Numbered from the stretch's first letter, positions 1 through 14,538 are shown. The stretch: 64,000 bases of DNA from Octopus vulgaris (GCA_951406725.2 OX597821.1:109120001-109184000); one strand, 5' to 3'. Numbers and translations: made by a program. Notes: a model not told the origin generated them from the letters alone.

Positions 1-1100
1 AGGATAAGAATAAACCTTCTTTTCAATAATGTTATTCAATAAAGCCACCTTCAGCTTCAACAACTGCTTCTACATGAGATCTAAATAATCTACATGCTCG
101 AATCAATTGGACCTTTTTCACTTTCGACATTACTTTGACTAAGGCAGCTTTCAAAGAATCTTAGGTGTTATGGGCATGTTCATTGACCTCTCTCTCAACA
201 ACGCTCCACATGTAATTGTCCAAGGGATTGAGATCTTGGGAATTTGGAGGCCAATTGTTAGGGGTTATGTGATCATGAAAATTTTTAGCCATCCATTCCT
301 GTGTCACTGGAGCCATGTGTGATAGTGCAAAGTTTTACTGAAACACATATGGCCTTCCATTGCATACACTGTCTATACAGGGCTTAACAGAGTGGAAAGA
401 GGTAAGGAGGCATCACATGACCTTCATTGCTAACAGCTCCTAAAACCATAACAGTTGCAGGAAATTTTGTATGCATGAAACTTGGAACTTCAGAAGGTTC
501 TGCACATAACTGTCATTAATTCTGTTAACTTTTGTGATTTTTAGCCGGAGTTTTTCTCGTTTGAGAAAAACCAAATCAAATCTTCTTCTGCTGGATTTTT
601 CAGTTTGTTTGAGACCCTTTAAGATCTGATGTACTGATTTTCTTTTGCTTTTTCGGACAAATTGACATTTCCTCATCATATAAGACTTATATCTGATGTC
701 TTCGTGGACATCATTTCTGACTGTTCATTCTGACACATGGAGATCTTTTGCAATTGACTTCATAGAATTTCTGGGATTGTAATCAATGGTCTGCTGAGCT
801 TGTTGGATAAATTCTGGAGTTCTGATGATTTCGGAGCGTTTAGAATGCTTTTTATGCTTTGTTATTGGTGATGCGTTTCCATCTTCAGTTTCTAGTTCCT
901 TACAAACACTGTAGACGAAAGATCTGGCAAATTTTAAAAATCGAGATATTTCTAAATCGCTATGCTCAGCCTTTATAACCACAATAACAGCATACTTCTT
1001 CATTTCTTGAGTAAGCTGAGGGTCTGCCATTATTATTTTCTGAACCAAATGCAGCAATGACCCAAAAATGGTGTGTCCTCAAATACCTTACACATCCTGT
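1..1100 (-). mobile_element. Decayed Tc1/mariner-superfamily transposon (maT/DD37D-like) with frameshifted transposase
   Basis: Minus strand ~200-260 reads NWPPNSQDLNPLDNYMW (SPDLNPLD-type third Asp). ORF 725-1057 has an HTH-like N-terminus (..EISRFLKFARSFVYSVCKEL..SMKSIAKDLHVSE). The end TA|CAGGATGTG at ~1100 abuts (TA)n. Confidence 0.85.
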
Positions 1101-1124
1101 ATATAAATAAATATATATATATAT

Positions 1125-1720
1125 AACGGGCTTCTTTCAGTTTCCGTCAACCAAATCCATTCAGAAGACTTTGGTCGGCCCGAGGCTATAGTAGAAGAAA
1201 TTTGCCCAAGATGCCACGTAGTGGGATTAAACCCGGAACCATTTGGTCGGTCAGCAAGCTACTCACCACACAGCCAGATGTTTAGGTTTTTCTCTTTTTT
1301 TTAAGTTCAGTCCTTCCAGAAACATCCTTGAACAAGGGAGCACAATAGAGAGGTGGCAGACTCGAACTTTCTATTCGATAGAGCTAATACGCAAGACGAA
1401 TGGAAACACTTCTAGCCTCAGGCGTGGCTGTGTGGTTGTGACTCGCAACCACGTGGTTCCAAGTTCAATCTCCTTTGAGCAAGTATCTTTTACGATAGTC
1501 TTGGGTCTACCAAAGCCTTATGGTAGACGGAAACTGAAAAGAAGCCCGTTGTATATATGTGTGCATGTGCATGTGTGTGTGTGTATGTCTGTACCCCACC
1601 ACCGCTTGACAACTTGCATTGGTGTGTTTACGTCACCGTAACTTAGCTACTCGGCAAAAAGCGACCGACAGAATAAGTATCAAGCTTAAAAAGAAATAAC
1701 TACTGGGTTCGATTCTTTCG
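1125..1720. mobile_element. Two partial SINE family 2 copies: 1125-1275 (-) and 1415-1720 (+)
   Basis: Match the recurring consensus GGCTGTGTGGT..GGTTC..GTTCA..TTGGGCAAG..GACGGAAACTGAAAGAAGCCCG..CCGTAACTTAGC. Confidence 0.8.
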
Positions 1721-2911
1721 GGGATCTCGGCTCACACAGTATCAACGTGTTATATAATATATATAAACTTATATAGTAGGTGTAAAGCAATGTCACGATC
1801 CTATAAGGTTAACCTTCAGTTTAAGAAATCAGTAAGTCGACGCCTTCAGGAAAATGTTTTAGAGACTCTTCAGGGTTGGCTCTAAGCGATGACAAATTCA
1901 TGCATAAGCCTGGCTCTATATTGCGATCTGTGGACATAACTTGGTCGGCTCAGTTGTTGTGAGAAATTAGCAAATCTCATACTGTATTGCTCCAGGTTCT
2001 GCGTGACCCTTTGGTGTCGTTTTATCAAAGTACTTCCAAACCTTATATAGCTTCGGATCTCACCAAATTTGAATCCGGTGCTGGTTGGAGGTTAGGAAAA
2101 TATTTCAGTTCTGAAGAATTTCTTTTTTTTTTTTTATTATTAATTTTGTCGTCTACATTCCAATAACATGTTACTTCTTTAAAAAGCTATTTCCAGTTGT
2201 TGCTGATCTTGTATAAAACACAAGTGCGCTCCATGGGCCGTAACATATGTTGCACTCACCAACATTTTAAACCACATTCTTTCAAAGCGCATTTATCTTA
2301 TGAGTAAAATTTTACTCTCTAATACACGCCTTCTCATAGTAAACAGATGCACACCAAAGTATGTTCTTCTATATCCCTACATATACTGCAAGAAATAGCA
2401 GCTAAATCCTCCTCAATCTTCACCATAACAATCTTTTATAGGAAAGATATTTTGCCCTTTGATAACGTACACTTAAATTCTAAAAATAAAATGGGATTTT
2501 CACGGACACATTTTCTTTGACCGTTAGTCTGTTTACGTTAGTTTTCTCCCATTTTCTCCTCAATTTTTCTGTGTATCTCTCCCCCACCCTCGCCATCCCT
2601 CTCTCTCTCTCTCTTTCTCTCTCTATCTCCCTTCACTCTTTTCTTGAATGTTACTACAACAGCTGTTTATTCTTTTTGAATAAGCAAGCTGTGTACCACA
2701 CAGCATTCTTAGGCCCACCCGATTCACTCATTACTCCAATTTCTGCTTCTCCTGTCATATTTTTAAGGCCTCACCCACAAAAAACCTCTAACAAACATAA
2801 ACACCTCTCCCTCTGAATAAAATACACACACACATAATGTCCACATCATACTTTTTCCTTCCAAACATCTCGCTACAGGAATTCTTGTTAAGCAAAGTCG
2901 CAAGCGTTGCA

Positions 2912-3341
2912 TAGGCGCAAGCGTAGCTCTATGGCAAGAAGTTTGCTTCCCAACCACATCGTTCCGGGTTCATTCCCACACTGTGGAACTTTGGTCAAGA
3001 GTCTTCTATAGCACCGGGCCGACCAAAGCCTTGTTACTAAATTTGGTAGACGGAAACGGACAGAAGCCCGTCGTATGTATATGTATATATGTATGTTCTT
3101 TAACTTCTTTCAGTCATTTCACTGCGACTATGCTGGAACACCGCCTTTAGTCGATTAAATCGACCCCAGGACTTATTCTTTCTCAGCTTAGTACTTAATA
3201 TTTTGCCGAACCGCTGAGTTATGGGGGTGTAAACAAACCAACATGGGTTGTCAAGCGATGGTGGACAGACAAAAACACACACACAAATACATACATACAC
3301 AAACACACACACACATATACATGCATACATGCGTATATTCA

Positions 3342-3383
<42 letters not shown>

Positions 3384-3635
3384 TAGATAGATGTATATTA
3401 TATATATATATACACACACAATTCTGTGTCTGTATTTGTTCCCACGTCTCCTCTTACTAACCGGTGTTGGTGCACTTACGTCCCCGTAAATCAGCGGTTC
3501 GGCAACAGTGACCGATAGAATAAGTACGAGCCTTAGAAAAAAAAATGAGTGTCGAGGTCGATTTATTCTGCTAAAGCCCTCGAAGGCGGTGCTACAGCAT
3601 GGCCACAGTCTAATGAGTGAAACAAGTAAAAGAGA
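2912..3635. mobile_element. Cluster of SINE family 2 halves: 2912-3075 (+), 3095-3290 (-), 3425-3635 (+)
   Basis: Same head and tail motifs as the full-length copies at 32680 and 52130. Confidence 0.8.
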
Positions 3636-3654
3636 AGATAAACACACAACCAAC

Positions 3655-4409
3655 TGCATCATCATCATCATTATCATCAACGACGTCTTCGTCGTCATCA
3701 TCATCACCAGCATCATCACCATCATCATCGTCATCACCACCACCATCATCATCATCATCTTCTTCACCATCATCACCACCGCCGCCACCACTACCACCAT
3801 CATCATCATCATCATCATCACCATCATCGTCACCATCATCACCATCACCACCATAATCATCTTCATCATCATCGTCCCCACCATCATCATCATCACCACC
3901 ACCACAACCACCGTTACCCCCAGCACCATCACCATCAACATCATCATCATCATCATCACCACCACTACCACTACCGCCACCACCACCACCACCATCATCA
4001 TCAACGCCATAAGCATATAAGTATCGTCATTCGCATCGTTATGCCTTTCCATTGTTTCCATCGTCGTCGTCGTCATCAACGGCGCCGTTGTCGTCGCCAC
4101 CGTCATAGATGTCGACATCGTTATAATCTTTGCCGTCATCTTCATCGCCATTATTATCGCTCTCCTCATCAATGTCATCGTCATCAACACCATAAGCAGC
4201 GGTAGCAGCAACAACAGCAAAAACAACAGCAACAACAACAAAAGCTTACTATCATCGTCATCATCATCACTACCATTATTCCAACCACCATTATCACCAG
4301 TATAGCCATCATCATCGTCGTCGTCATCATCATCATCATCATTATCATCATCATCGTCATCATCATCATCCTCATCATTGTCATCATCGCCATCATCGTC
4401 ATCATCGTC

Positions 4410-4479
<70 letters not shown>

Positions 4480-4565
4480 CCATCATCATCATTATCATCA
4501 TCATCGTCATCATCATCATCGTCATCATCATCATCGTCATCATCGCCATCATACTCACCATCGTC

Positions 4566-4596
<31 letters not shown>

Positions 4597-4820
4597 TCGG
4601 CATCATCATCATCATCATCATCGTCATCATCATCATCGTCATCGTCATCATCGCCATCATCATCATCATCATCATCGTCATCGTTGTCGTCGTCGTTGTT
4701 ATCATCATTATCACTGCATCTACCATCTCTACCACTCTCACCATCGCCGTCACCACCAAGTTCACGACGACAACCACCACCACCGTCACCACCACCACCA
4801 CCACCACCACCACCACCACA
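3655..4820. repeat. Compound (CAT)n/(CAC)n/(CGT)n trinucleotide tract
   Basis: Directly visible. It is the source of the poly-M/I/S/V pseudo-ORFs. Confidence 0.95.
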
Positions 4821-5076
4821 CCCCAGGTGCAGCCGCCGTCTGATCCTTATAAAGAATGACTATATCCAGGAGCAGAAAGGAAAATAAAAACGATAAGAAA
4901 TAGGAATATCGTCACTGATCTCCACCCTGATATCCATAGTGATACCATCAATGATATCCACCTTGATATCCTGTGATGACATCAGTGATTTCTCTAAGAT
5001 CGATAGTGATGACGTCATAACTACACACTTTTACTACATAAATTATATATGTATATGCGTATGCATAAATGTATAC

Positions 5077-5111
<35 letters not shown>

Positions 5112-5989
5112 CACATATATATAAGTGTAACTGCCCAAAACTGCAAGGATATCTGTTAACTTGACTGAAGAAAAAAGGCCACGAATGACACGTCCTGTTT
5201 TTCCCTGTCCTTTTAATTGCTCTTTTTCCAGTCCTCCTTGGTATCGTCTATCTGTCCGAACGTTTTATTGTCCTCTATTGCGTTGTTGTTCCATTTCATA
5301 TATATATATATATACATTTGGCACTAATAGTGACTGAGGGTGCAGTGTAGCATCTTCATTGCGAGAAATAAGAGTCAAAGACCCTTTCAGCCACAACCAT
5401 TGCACAAGTCTATATACTGACAGGTGAGTTAACCGCTCTATATTCTTCTTTTGAGGTTTTATATTAGTTCTAGCGCCTTTATTATATGTATATATATCTT
5501 GGGTTTCTCTTACGCCTGTCACCGCGGGAGCATTTTTCCATCTTTCCGTCAGTTGCAGTTTGTTTCCTTGCATGCATATATATACACACACATATAATAC
5601 CCCTACCTTTTGTACACACACGCACACACATACATACACTCACTCCCACGCACTCACACACACACACATTTGCATATATATATATACAATACACTTACAC
5701 ACACTTCAAATTCACTTGCCATACATACAACAAACGCACACAGACACACACATACTACAACTAAACGCACACACGGGACGTACATATGCACGCACACATT
5801 CCCTTCTTCCTCCTTTTACCACTGACCTGCGACTGCTACGTCCACCACCTTTCGCCCTACGTACACACACTTACACACAGACGCACGCACTAATATATAC
5901 TAGCCGTCGCCTTACACACACATACACACACACACACGTACATACTCACATACACACCTTCTTCTTCCCATTCATCGAGTTGTTACCTA

Positions 5990-6260
5990 CCTTCTTTTTC
6001 CGCTCTCCTGTCTTTGAAAACCTGTCCCCGCTCGTCTAAGACTTCCGGCCTTTCAGCATGTTTACCACGTGAAAACCAGTCGCGTTTTTTTCCCTCCGTC
6101 CTCCTACCTCGGGATCTTTCTTTCTCTTATGTTTCCGACGAAGAGCTCCGCTCGAAACGTCATACCCTCCTTCTTCCCTTTTTCCTGAGCGCCTAATAAT
6201 AATACTTTAATTGTTCCACCTCCTTGTGTTGTTGTCTTTTCTGTTTTCTCGTTTGGATTA

Positions 6261-6265
<5 letters not shown>
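5990..6265 (+). mobile_element. Short non-coding repeat (family HH-A) carrying a hammerhead-like motif, ending in (TA)n
   Basis: Homologous to 15737-15935 (-). Contains gttt-CCGACGA-A-GAGC-tcc-GCTC-GAAACGTC-atac at 6131-6165. Confidence 0.7.
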
Positions 6266-6309
<44 letters not shown>

Positions 6310-6330
6310 ATGTGTGTATGTATGTATGTA

Positions 6331-6379
<49 letters not shown>

Positions 6380-7026
6380 TGTGTGTGTCTTTATGCGTAT
6401 GTCTTTGTCCACCGCAACCATCATCTGACAACCGTGTTGATTTGTATACGTTTCCGTAACGTAACTGTTCGGCCATAGAGACCGATAGAATAGGAAGACT
6501 GGCTTGAAAAAAAATCAAGTAATACAGTCGATATGTTGGACCAAATAAAGCTTCGAAGAGGGTGTGCCCCAGCATGGCCCTCGTCCAACGACCGAAACAA
6601 TTACATGATAAAAACATAAATGATACCTACCAAGAAACGAATACAACATGGTAGACATTGAGAAGAATAGAAAAAAAAATATGGTGGAAATCTGAAGTGA
6701 GAAAATGAAGGAAGAGTAACGCTATGTATTTGATGGAGGAAAGGAAAAAAGCAGCGACAGAATAAAAAAACCCGTAATGGCGACTATGAAACATTAGTAA
6801 CAACTGTTTTCTCTAATTTATCTGAATGTCTTAAGTAGCAACATCTGTTGGGAATAAACCAACCATCGTATGTGTGTGTGTATTTGTGTGTGAGTATGTG
6901 TGCGTATGAGTGTGTATGTGTGTATATGTGTGTGCATGTGTACGTACGTGCATATACAAATATATACAAATCTACATACAAGTATATACTATGGATATGT
7001 ACCGACATATATATATATATATATAC

Positions 7027-7091
<65 letters not shown>

Positions 7092-7125
7092 CATATGTAT
7101 ATGTGTGTCTCAATATGTGTTTGTC

Positions 7126-7169
<44 letters not shown>

Positions 7170-7730
7170 TATATATGTACACGCAATTAAATACATATGT
7201 ACGTACACTTATACATACATGTATATATGTGTATGTGTGTTTGTGTGTGTGTGTATGTGTATAGACAAATATACCCACATGTATATATAAACGTAATATC
7301 TCTATTATAGATTTAAGTAGTTTCCTTAAAAACGTCGAACTAAACGAAACTTCTCTATACGGAATCATTATGTGTCCCAAGATATATGCTCTTTGTAAGA
7401 GAGACACCAGCCGAAATGAAGGTGATAGACGCTTGGATTTTCTCGAAATTTTAAAAATCTTGTTGAGGTTATCCGGCACGAAGATTGGGCCTTGGTTTTG
7501 GTCTCAGCCATCGACTCATGGTTCGTCAGCTTTTTATGACCGTTTTATAATCGAGACAAATTACTCCCAGTACTTAATTTTTTAAAGCCTGGAGGTTATT
7601 CATTGAGTCGTGTTTTTCCCCCACCAAACGACTAACTTACAGAAGATTAAACAAACCAAAAATGGTTGTTAAGAGATGAGAGATGGGGAGAGACAAACAT
7701 TTATACATGTGCATAAATATATATATACAG

Positions 7731-7780
<50 letters not shown>

Positions 7781-7888
7781 ATAGAAATGATATGTCAGCA
7801 AAAGAATGAAATTATGTAAATTATGTAAAGAACGATATTATGTAAATAGATGAATTTATCTGTAAATATATGTGACAATTGTCTTGGC

Positions 7889-7949
<61 letters not shown>

Positions 7950-7953
<4 letters not shown>

Positions 7954-8345
7954 TTTTCTACTCTAGGCACAAGGTCCGAAATTTTGGGGAACGAGGCCAG
8001 TCGATTAGATCGACCCCAGTAACAACTGGTTCTTAAGTTATCGATCCCAAAAGGATGAAAAGCAAAGTCGACCTCCGCTGAATTTGAACTCAGAACATAA
8101 AGACAGACGAAATACCCATTTCTTTACTTCCCAGCAAGGGGCTAAACACAGAGTGGACAAATAAGGGCAGACAAAACGGATTAAGTCGATTATATCGACC
8201 CCAGTGCGTAACTGGTACTTATTTAATCGACCCCGAAAGGATGAAAGGCAAAGTCGACCTCGGTGAAATTTGAACTCAGAACGTAGTGGCAGACGAAATA
8301 CCGCTAAGAATTTCGCCCGGCGTGCTAACGACTCTGCCAGCTCTT
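7950..8345 (-). mobile_element. SINE family 1 (GGCGGCGAGCTGGCAGAA head), internally dimeric
   Basis: Reverse complement of GAGCTGGCAGA..GTTCTGAGTTCAAATT..GCCTTTCATCCTTTCGGGGTCGAT, core present twice. Confidence 0.85.
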
Positions 8346-8583
8346 ATACATGTGTATATATATATATATATATAACCAGCTGGCGGAAGATCTACCTGCG
8401 GTTAAAGTAGTAGTAAGAGGAAACAGCCATTTTATGTGGCGATGCGCACACAAACACACACACAGGGCTTTAGTTGGTGCGGTCCCATAGTAGAAGACAG
8501 ATGCCCAAGATGTCATGCAGTGGGACTTAACCCAGGACCACGTAACTGAGAAGTGAATGTCTTACCACAGAGCGACCCTGACT

Positions 8584-8619
<36 letters not shown>

Positions 8620-8927
8620 CGTCTATCTGTATGTTTTGTTGTCCCATATTTGTATCACCTAGCTGTCCGGAAGTTTTGCGTTCTTGTCCCGTTTTGTATA
8701 TATATATATATATATATATACTTTGACACACACACATATACATACACACACACACATACATAAGCACATACATATATATGTATATATACATGTGTGTGTG
8801 CATGTATGCATATATATATGTGTGTGTGTGTGTATCATGTCTGCATGTATACTTGTTTGCGCCTGCGTGTATACATATATATATATATATGCATTTTTAT
8901 GTATACATACATATGTAATATTATATA

Positions 8928-8972
<45 letters not shown>

Positions 8973-9151
8973 ATATATATATACACATATATATGCATGC
9001 ATGGCTTTATGTATATATGCAGATGCCTATTTTACGTATTTACATGTCTCTATGGTATATAAATGACGAACTTACGATATTTCAAACAAAACGCCCCAAT
9101 ACAACGGAAAAACAAAACAGCACATTTTGCATTCGTTAATTGCCTGTTATT

Positions 9152-9209
<58 letters not shown>

Positions 9210-9525
9210 TAAATATGTTATCAGTTTAATGTATTTCCCACCCAATCTGCAGGCAGCCACTTCACACGTGATGTTGTAGCCATTTGTAGAAAACACATGC
9301 TTCCACTCTCCGCGCTGCCGGGATACACCATTTTTGCATGTGGTGGTGGCTTGCTTGTGTGAGAATGTTGCCACTTGAAACTCGACGTTAAAATTTGAAC
9401 CATCTGCACACAAACCTTTAAGCAGTAGATGCCATCAATCATCACCACCACCATCATCATCATAGTCGTCGTCGACGCCGTCATCATCATCATCATCATC
9501 ATCATCATTATTATTATTATTATCA

Positions 9526-9558
<33 letters not shown>

Positions 9559-9592
9559 GTTGTTATTATTACTATTATCAATATTATTATTA

Positions 9593-10776
9593 AGGCGGCG
9601 AGCTGGCAGAAACGTTAGCACGCTGGGCGAAATGCTTTGTGGTATTTCGTCCGCCGCCGCTACGTTCTGAGTTCAAATTCCGCCGAAGTCAACTTTGCCT
9701 TTCATCCTTTCGGGGTCGATAAATTAAATACCATTTACGCACTGGGGTCGATGTTATCGACTTAATACCTATATCTGTCCTTGTTTGTCCCCTCTATGTT
9801 TAGCCCCTTGTGGGTAGTAAAGAAATAGGTATTTCGACTGTCACTACCTTCTGAGTTCAAATTCCGCCGAGGCCGACATTGCCTTTCATCTTTTCTGGGT
9901 TGATAACTGAAGTACCAGTTGTGCACTAGGGTCGCTGTGATTCCCTATTCCCCTCCCCATAAGAAACAGGCCTTGTGCCTATAACAAAAAGGATTATTAT
10001 TATTATTATTATTAGTAGTAGTAGTAGTAGTAGGAGGAGGAGGAGGAGGAGGAGGAGGAGGAGGAGGAGGAGGAGTAAGGCGGCGAACTGGCGGAATGAT
10101 TAGCACTCCGAACGAAATGCTTAGCGGCGTTTCATCCGCACTTCCTTTCTACGTTCAAATTCTGCCAATGTTGACTTTGCCTTCCATCCTTTTGGGGTCG
10201 ATAAAATAAGTACCAATTGAACACTGGCGTCGATGTAATCGACTTACCCACACACACAAAATTGCTGTCCTTGTACCAAAATCTGAAACCACTATTATTA
10301 TCATTATTGTAATAACAAAAAAAATTATTATTATTATTATTTTTATTATTATTATTATTATTGTTGTTGTTGTTAAGGTGGCGGCGAGCTGGCAGAAACG
10401 TTAACACGCGGGGCAAAATGATTAACGGTGGTTTCGTCTGCCGCTACGTCCTGTGTTCAAATTCCGCCGAGGTCGACTTTGCCTTTCATCCTTTAGGGGG
10501 TCGATAAATAAGTACCAGTTATGTACTGGGATCGATATAATCCAATTCATCCGTTTGTCTGTCCTCGTTTGTCCTCTCTGTGTTTAGCCCCTTGTGGGTA
10601 GTAAAGAAATAGGTATTTCGTCCGTTTTCACATTCTGAGTTCAGATTCCGCTAAGGTCGACTTTACCTTTCATCTTTTCGGGGCCGATTAAATAAGTAAT
10701 AGTTACGCACTAAGGTTGATGTATTCGACTTAATCCTTTCCTCGAAATCTAAGGCTCTGTGCTTCCTGTAGCAAGG

Positions 10777-10780
<4 letters not shown>
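9593..10780 (+). mobile_element. Three SINE family 1 copies (9593-9995, 10079-10295, 10380-10780) separated by (TTA)n/(AGG)n
   Basis: Each starts GGCGGCGA(G/A)CTGGC with A-box/B-box-like motifs (GAGTTCAAATTCC) and ends in (TTA)n. Confidence 0.9.
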
Positions 10781-10842
<62 letters not shown>

Positions 10843-10924
10843 ATAATTATCATCATTATTATTATTATTATTATTAATATAATTATCATCATCATTATTA
10901 TTATTATTATTATTATTATTTTTT

Positions 10925-11190
10925 ATTATTATTTTCCTTCTTTCTTCAAATTTTCTTCCGTTTCTTGCCGGGTGTTTTCCGTGCACCCAGGGCAGAGAAG
11001 CTCATTGTATGCGTTCACAGATTACATACGCAATTTCACAGGTAAAATATGTATTTAAAAAATTAATAAATAAATAAATTCATGAATGGGTGTTGTTTTC
11101 ACAGCGATAATGCTCTTCTCAGTACATGAGCCGTTCCAGTTAATACGATTTTTGCACTTCCTCTAGGGATGGTAAGCCTTGTATCATACC
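10925..11190 (-). mobile_element. R4/Dong-like LINE extreme 3' fragment in (TAA)n
   Basis: Encodes KIVLTGTAHVLRRALSL*. Its 3' UTR TTCTCTGCCCTGGGTG..CGGCAAGAA matches 47516-47580. TAA tracts flank both sides. Confidence 0.75.
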
Positions 11191-11251
<61 letters not shown>

Positions 11252-11710
11252 GAAAAGCAGCCGCAAGAAAGGTAAGCCCTGTTCATTGAGCAACAACATG
11301 AGTGAAGTGACTTCCATCAGGAATCATGACAGAAATGCTCTGATTTATAGAGAAGGTGGGACATGTAGAAATTCCCAATTGGTGTACGCGGCAGAATGCA
11401 CGAAACACAACTTAATTTATGTTGGTTGTACAACAGGACAATTAAAGAAAAGTTTTAATGGGCACAGATTCGACGTGAGGCACAATAACATTAGTACGAC
11501 AGAACTTGCTGAACGTTTCGTTTCAAGCGGCTGCAATTTTGAAGAAGACTTGAAAGTGAATATTCTCAGAAAATATTCTGAATCTACTTCGCTTTCACTT
11601 CGCAGAATGTATGAGGAGAAATAAGTTTGCGGGTTGTTAACATCACGCCCTGGAGGAATGAATAAAATGACAGGAGAATATCAAATTTATACAAAACTGT
11701 TTGATTAAAT
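11252..11710 (+). pseudogene. Penelope-like element GIY-YIG endonuclease remnant
   Basis: ORF 11169-11624: TCRNSQLVYAAECTKHNLIYVGCTTGQLKKSFNGHRFDVR..ELAERF..DLKVNIL..RRMYEEK, then a decayed ITPWRNE (cf. L.P.GLN). This is the PLE GIY-YIG pattern. Confidence 0.85.
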
Positions 11711-11911
11711 ATTCTTCTTTCTCTCTTTTTTCTTTCCTTTTTTTCCGTCGTCATTTTTTTTTTCTGTTCTTTTCTGTCTTTTTCTTTTCGCCTGTTATAA
11801 AATTGAAACTTAAAGACTGATAAAGTCATTCCTTCAACGTGTGGACGCTAGTTGCCCTCGCTCAAACTTAAATTTAAATTTCTATAATTTAAAATTTTTA
11901 TCACTTTTATT

Positions 11912-11954
11912 TTGAACTTGACAAAGACAGACTTACTGTTGAAATATCGTTCAA
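11912..11954 (+). ncRNA. Minimal type-I hammerhead ribozyme motif, U3-A8 variant
   Basis: ttgaac-TTGACAA-A-GACAG-actta-CTGTT-GAAA-TA-TC-gttcaa: 6-bp stem I, 5-bp stem II, palindromic ATAT stem III, AUC cleavage triplet. Confidence 0.75.
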
Positions 11955-12020
11955 CCAATAAAATATCTATTACAATTGAATTGCGCTTTTCGTCTTGACT
12001 ATTAATAAAATTATTATTAT

Positions 12021-12376
12021 TTAATGCTTGACTTTTGCTTTATATTTGTACAAGTTGATTCCAAGTCACACCCAGAGACCTCAAGAGACAACAAATCAGA
12101 CGTTCATGCTGGTGTTGTGTTTAGGGTGATATATATTCTGTTTTGTACATAGTGTTGTTCTAGAGAATATTTAAGAAACCATAAGAAAATTATGAGTTTG
12201 TTTTAAAATTTGGGATTACATAGAAAGTATTTTGCGTAGAATATGGGCAGTTCCCATGAGCACTAACTTTTAAATTTCTGCCATTTTGGGGTTTCCTACT
12301 ATCTGAGCTAGGTAAGCAATCAGCCCCTTTTGCTGTCAATCCCAGGGCACCTATGACAACAGGTACTGTATTAGTC

Positions 12377-12378
<2 letters not shown>
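12021..12378 (-). mobile_element. R4/Dong-like LINE 3' fragment in (TAA)n
   Basis: KTNTVPVVIGALGLTAKGADC plus a 3' UTR homologous to 43500-43972. Confidence 0.8.
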
Positions 12379-12438
<60 letters not shown>

Positions 12439-12439
<1 letters not shown>

Positions 12440-13325
12440 GGCAAGCTGGCGGAATCGTTAGCACGCTGGACGAAATGCTTCGCAGTATTTCGCCCGTCGC
12501 TACGCGGAGGTCGACTTTGCCTTTCATCGATAAATTAAGGACCAGTTACGCACTGGGGTTGATATAATCGACTTAACCCGTTTGTCTGTCCTTGTTTGTC
12601 CTCTCTGTGTTTAGCCCCTTGTGGGTAGTAAAGAAATAGGTATTTCGTCTGCCGTTACGTTGTGAGTTCAAATTCCGCCGAGGTCGACTTTGCCTTTCAT
12701 CCTTTCGAGGTCAATTAAATAAGTACCAGTCACGCACTGGGGTCGATGTAATCGACTTAATCCGTTTGCCTGTTCTTGTTTGTCCCCTCTATGCTTAGCC
12801 CCTTGTGGGCAATAAAGAAATAAGACTCATCAGCACGCTGGTTAAAATGCTTAGCGGCATGTTTTAATCATCATTACATTCAAAGTTCCAATGCCGCTGC
12901 CGAGGTGGACTTAGACTTTCATATTATCGCGACCGATGAAACACTTGCTAGTTAAATACTGGCATCGATGCAATCGATTTGGCCCCTTCCTAGAATCTAC
13001 AAGCCTTGTGTCTGTAATAGAAAGTATAACTGCTATCATTGTTAGTGGATTTGGTAGAGGGAAACTGAGATAAGCCCGTCGTATATATATATATATATGT
13101 ATATATATTTATGTGCCTGTGTCTTTGTGTCTGTATTTGTCCACCCAGCCATCGCTTAACAACCGATGTTGGTGTGTCTATATCCCCAAAAGTTAGCGGT
13201 TCGGCCAAAGACACCAATAAAATAAGTAATAGGGTATAAATAGAATAAGTCCTGGGGGGTCGATTTATTCGACTAAAAGTGGTGTTCCAGCATAGCCTCA
13301 GTCAAATGAATGAAACGTATAACAG
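12439..13325 (+). mobile_element. SINE family 1 multimer (12439-13030) followed by a partial SINE family 2 copy (13040-13325)
   Basis: Recurring consensus motifs of both families. Confidence 0.8.
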
Positions 13326-13554
13326 CAACAGAGTATATGCATATATACACACATACATATATACATACATACATACACACATAAGTATATCATTATCTAT
13401 GCAAATTATGTATTGCATTGGTATGTATGTGTGTCTGCATGTACAATGTTATATATGTGCGTGTGTGTGTAGGTGTGTGTCTGAATACATATATATATAC
13501 ATATATATATACAAACACATATATATACATATCTATATATATATATATATATGC

Positions 13555-13640
<86 letters not shown>

Positions 13641-14287
13641 TATACATTTATATATGTATGTATGTTTATATACGTATGTATATATATATGTATACACACA
13701 CACATGTTTATACCTGAATATATAGACACCTACATACATACATACATACATACATACATACATACATACATACATACATGCATACATACATACATACATA
13801 CATACGTACGTGCGTACGTACATACATACATATATACATACATACATACATATACATGTCTATACGTATGTATGTATGTATTTATGTATTCATATGTATT
13901 TATGTATTCGTATATATATATGCACTTTACAGTGTTTCTTGCGCTGAGTAAGGAATTTACCTCTCATGTGGTTTTAATATTCTTATGGCAAGTCAGCTTC
14001 CTGACCGACGTAATTAACCAAACCTTCGTAAATGATTTAGCAGCAAAGTTTGGCAGAAACATGTGTAGAACACCAGACTAGATCTTTTGCACTGATTTCT
14101 GTTTTACCTCTCCATCGTAGGTTTTGTAGTTCTTCGTTCTACAACAAATGTCGAGTGAATACACTAAGTACACATATGTGTATCACTCTGTCTCTGTCTG
14201 TCTGTCTCTCTCTTTCTCCATTTCTCTATCTGTCCTCTGCTTTTGCACCCGGTCTTTCTATGATTTATATATCTATGTTCGTTAAGG

Positions 14288-14317
<30 letters not shown>

Positions 14318-14318
<1 letters not shown>

Positions 14319-14520
14319 TCTTTTATTCTTTTATTTGCTTCAGTCATCTGACTGCGGCCATGCTGGAGCACCGCCTGTAGTCGAGCAAATCGACCCCAGG
14401 ACTTATTCTTTCTAAGCCTAGTACTTATTCTATTGGTCTCTTTCGCCAAACCGCTAAGTTACGGGGACGTACGCGTGCCATCATCGGTTGACAAGCGATG
14501 GCGGGGGTGACAAACAGACA
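14318..14520 (-). mobile_element. SINE family 2 3' half
   Basis: GACTGCGGCCATGCTGGAGCACCGCC..CGACCCCAGGACTTATTC..CCGCTAAGTTACGGGGACG. Confidence 0.85.
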
Positions 14521-14538
14521 TACAAACACACACACATG

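Noticed and set aside
1791-2170. Possible solo LTR starting TGTCACGA
   Set aside because: No matching TSD or second LTR is visible.
7495-7535. Minus-strand CTGACGA-A-CCAT..ATGG-CTGAGAC
   Set aside because: GAAA is absent and there is no stem I.
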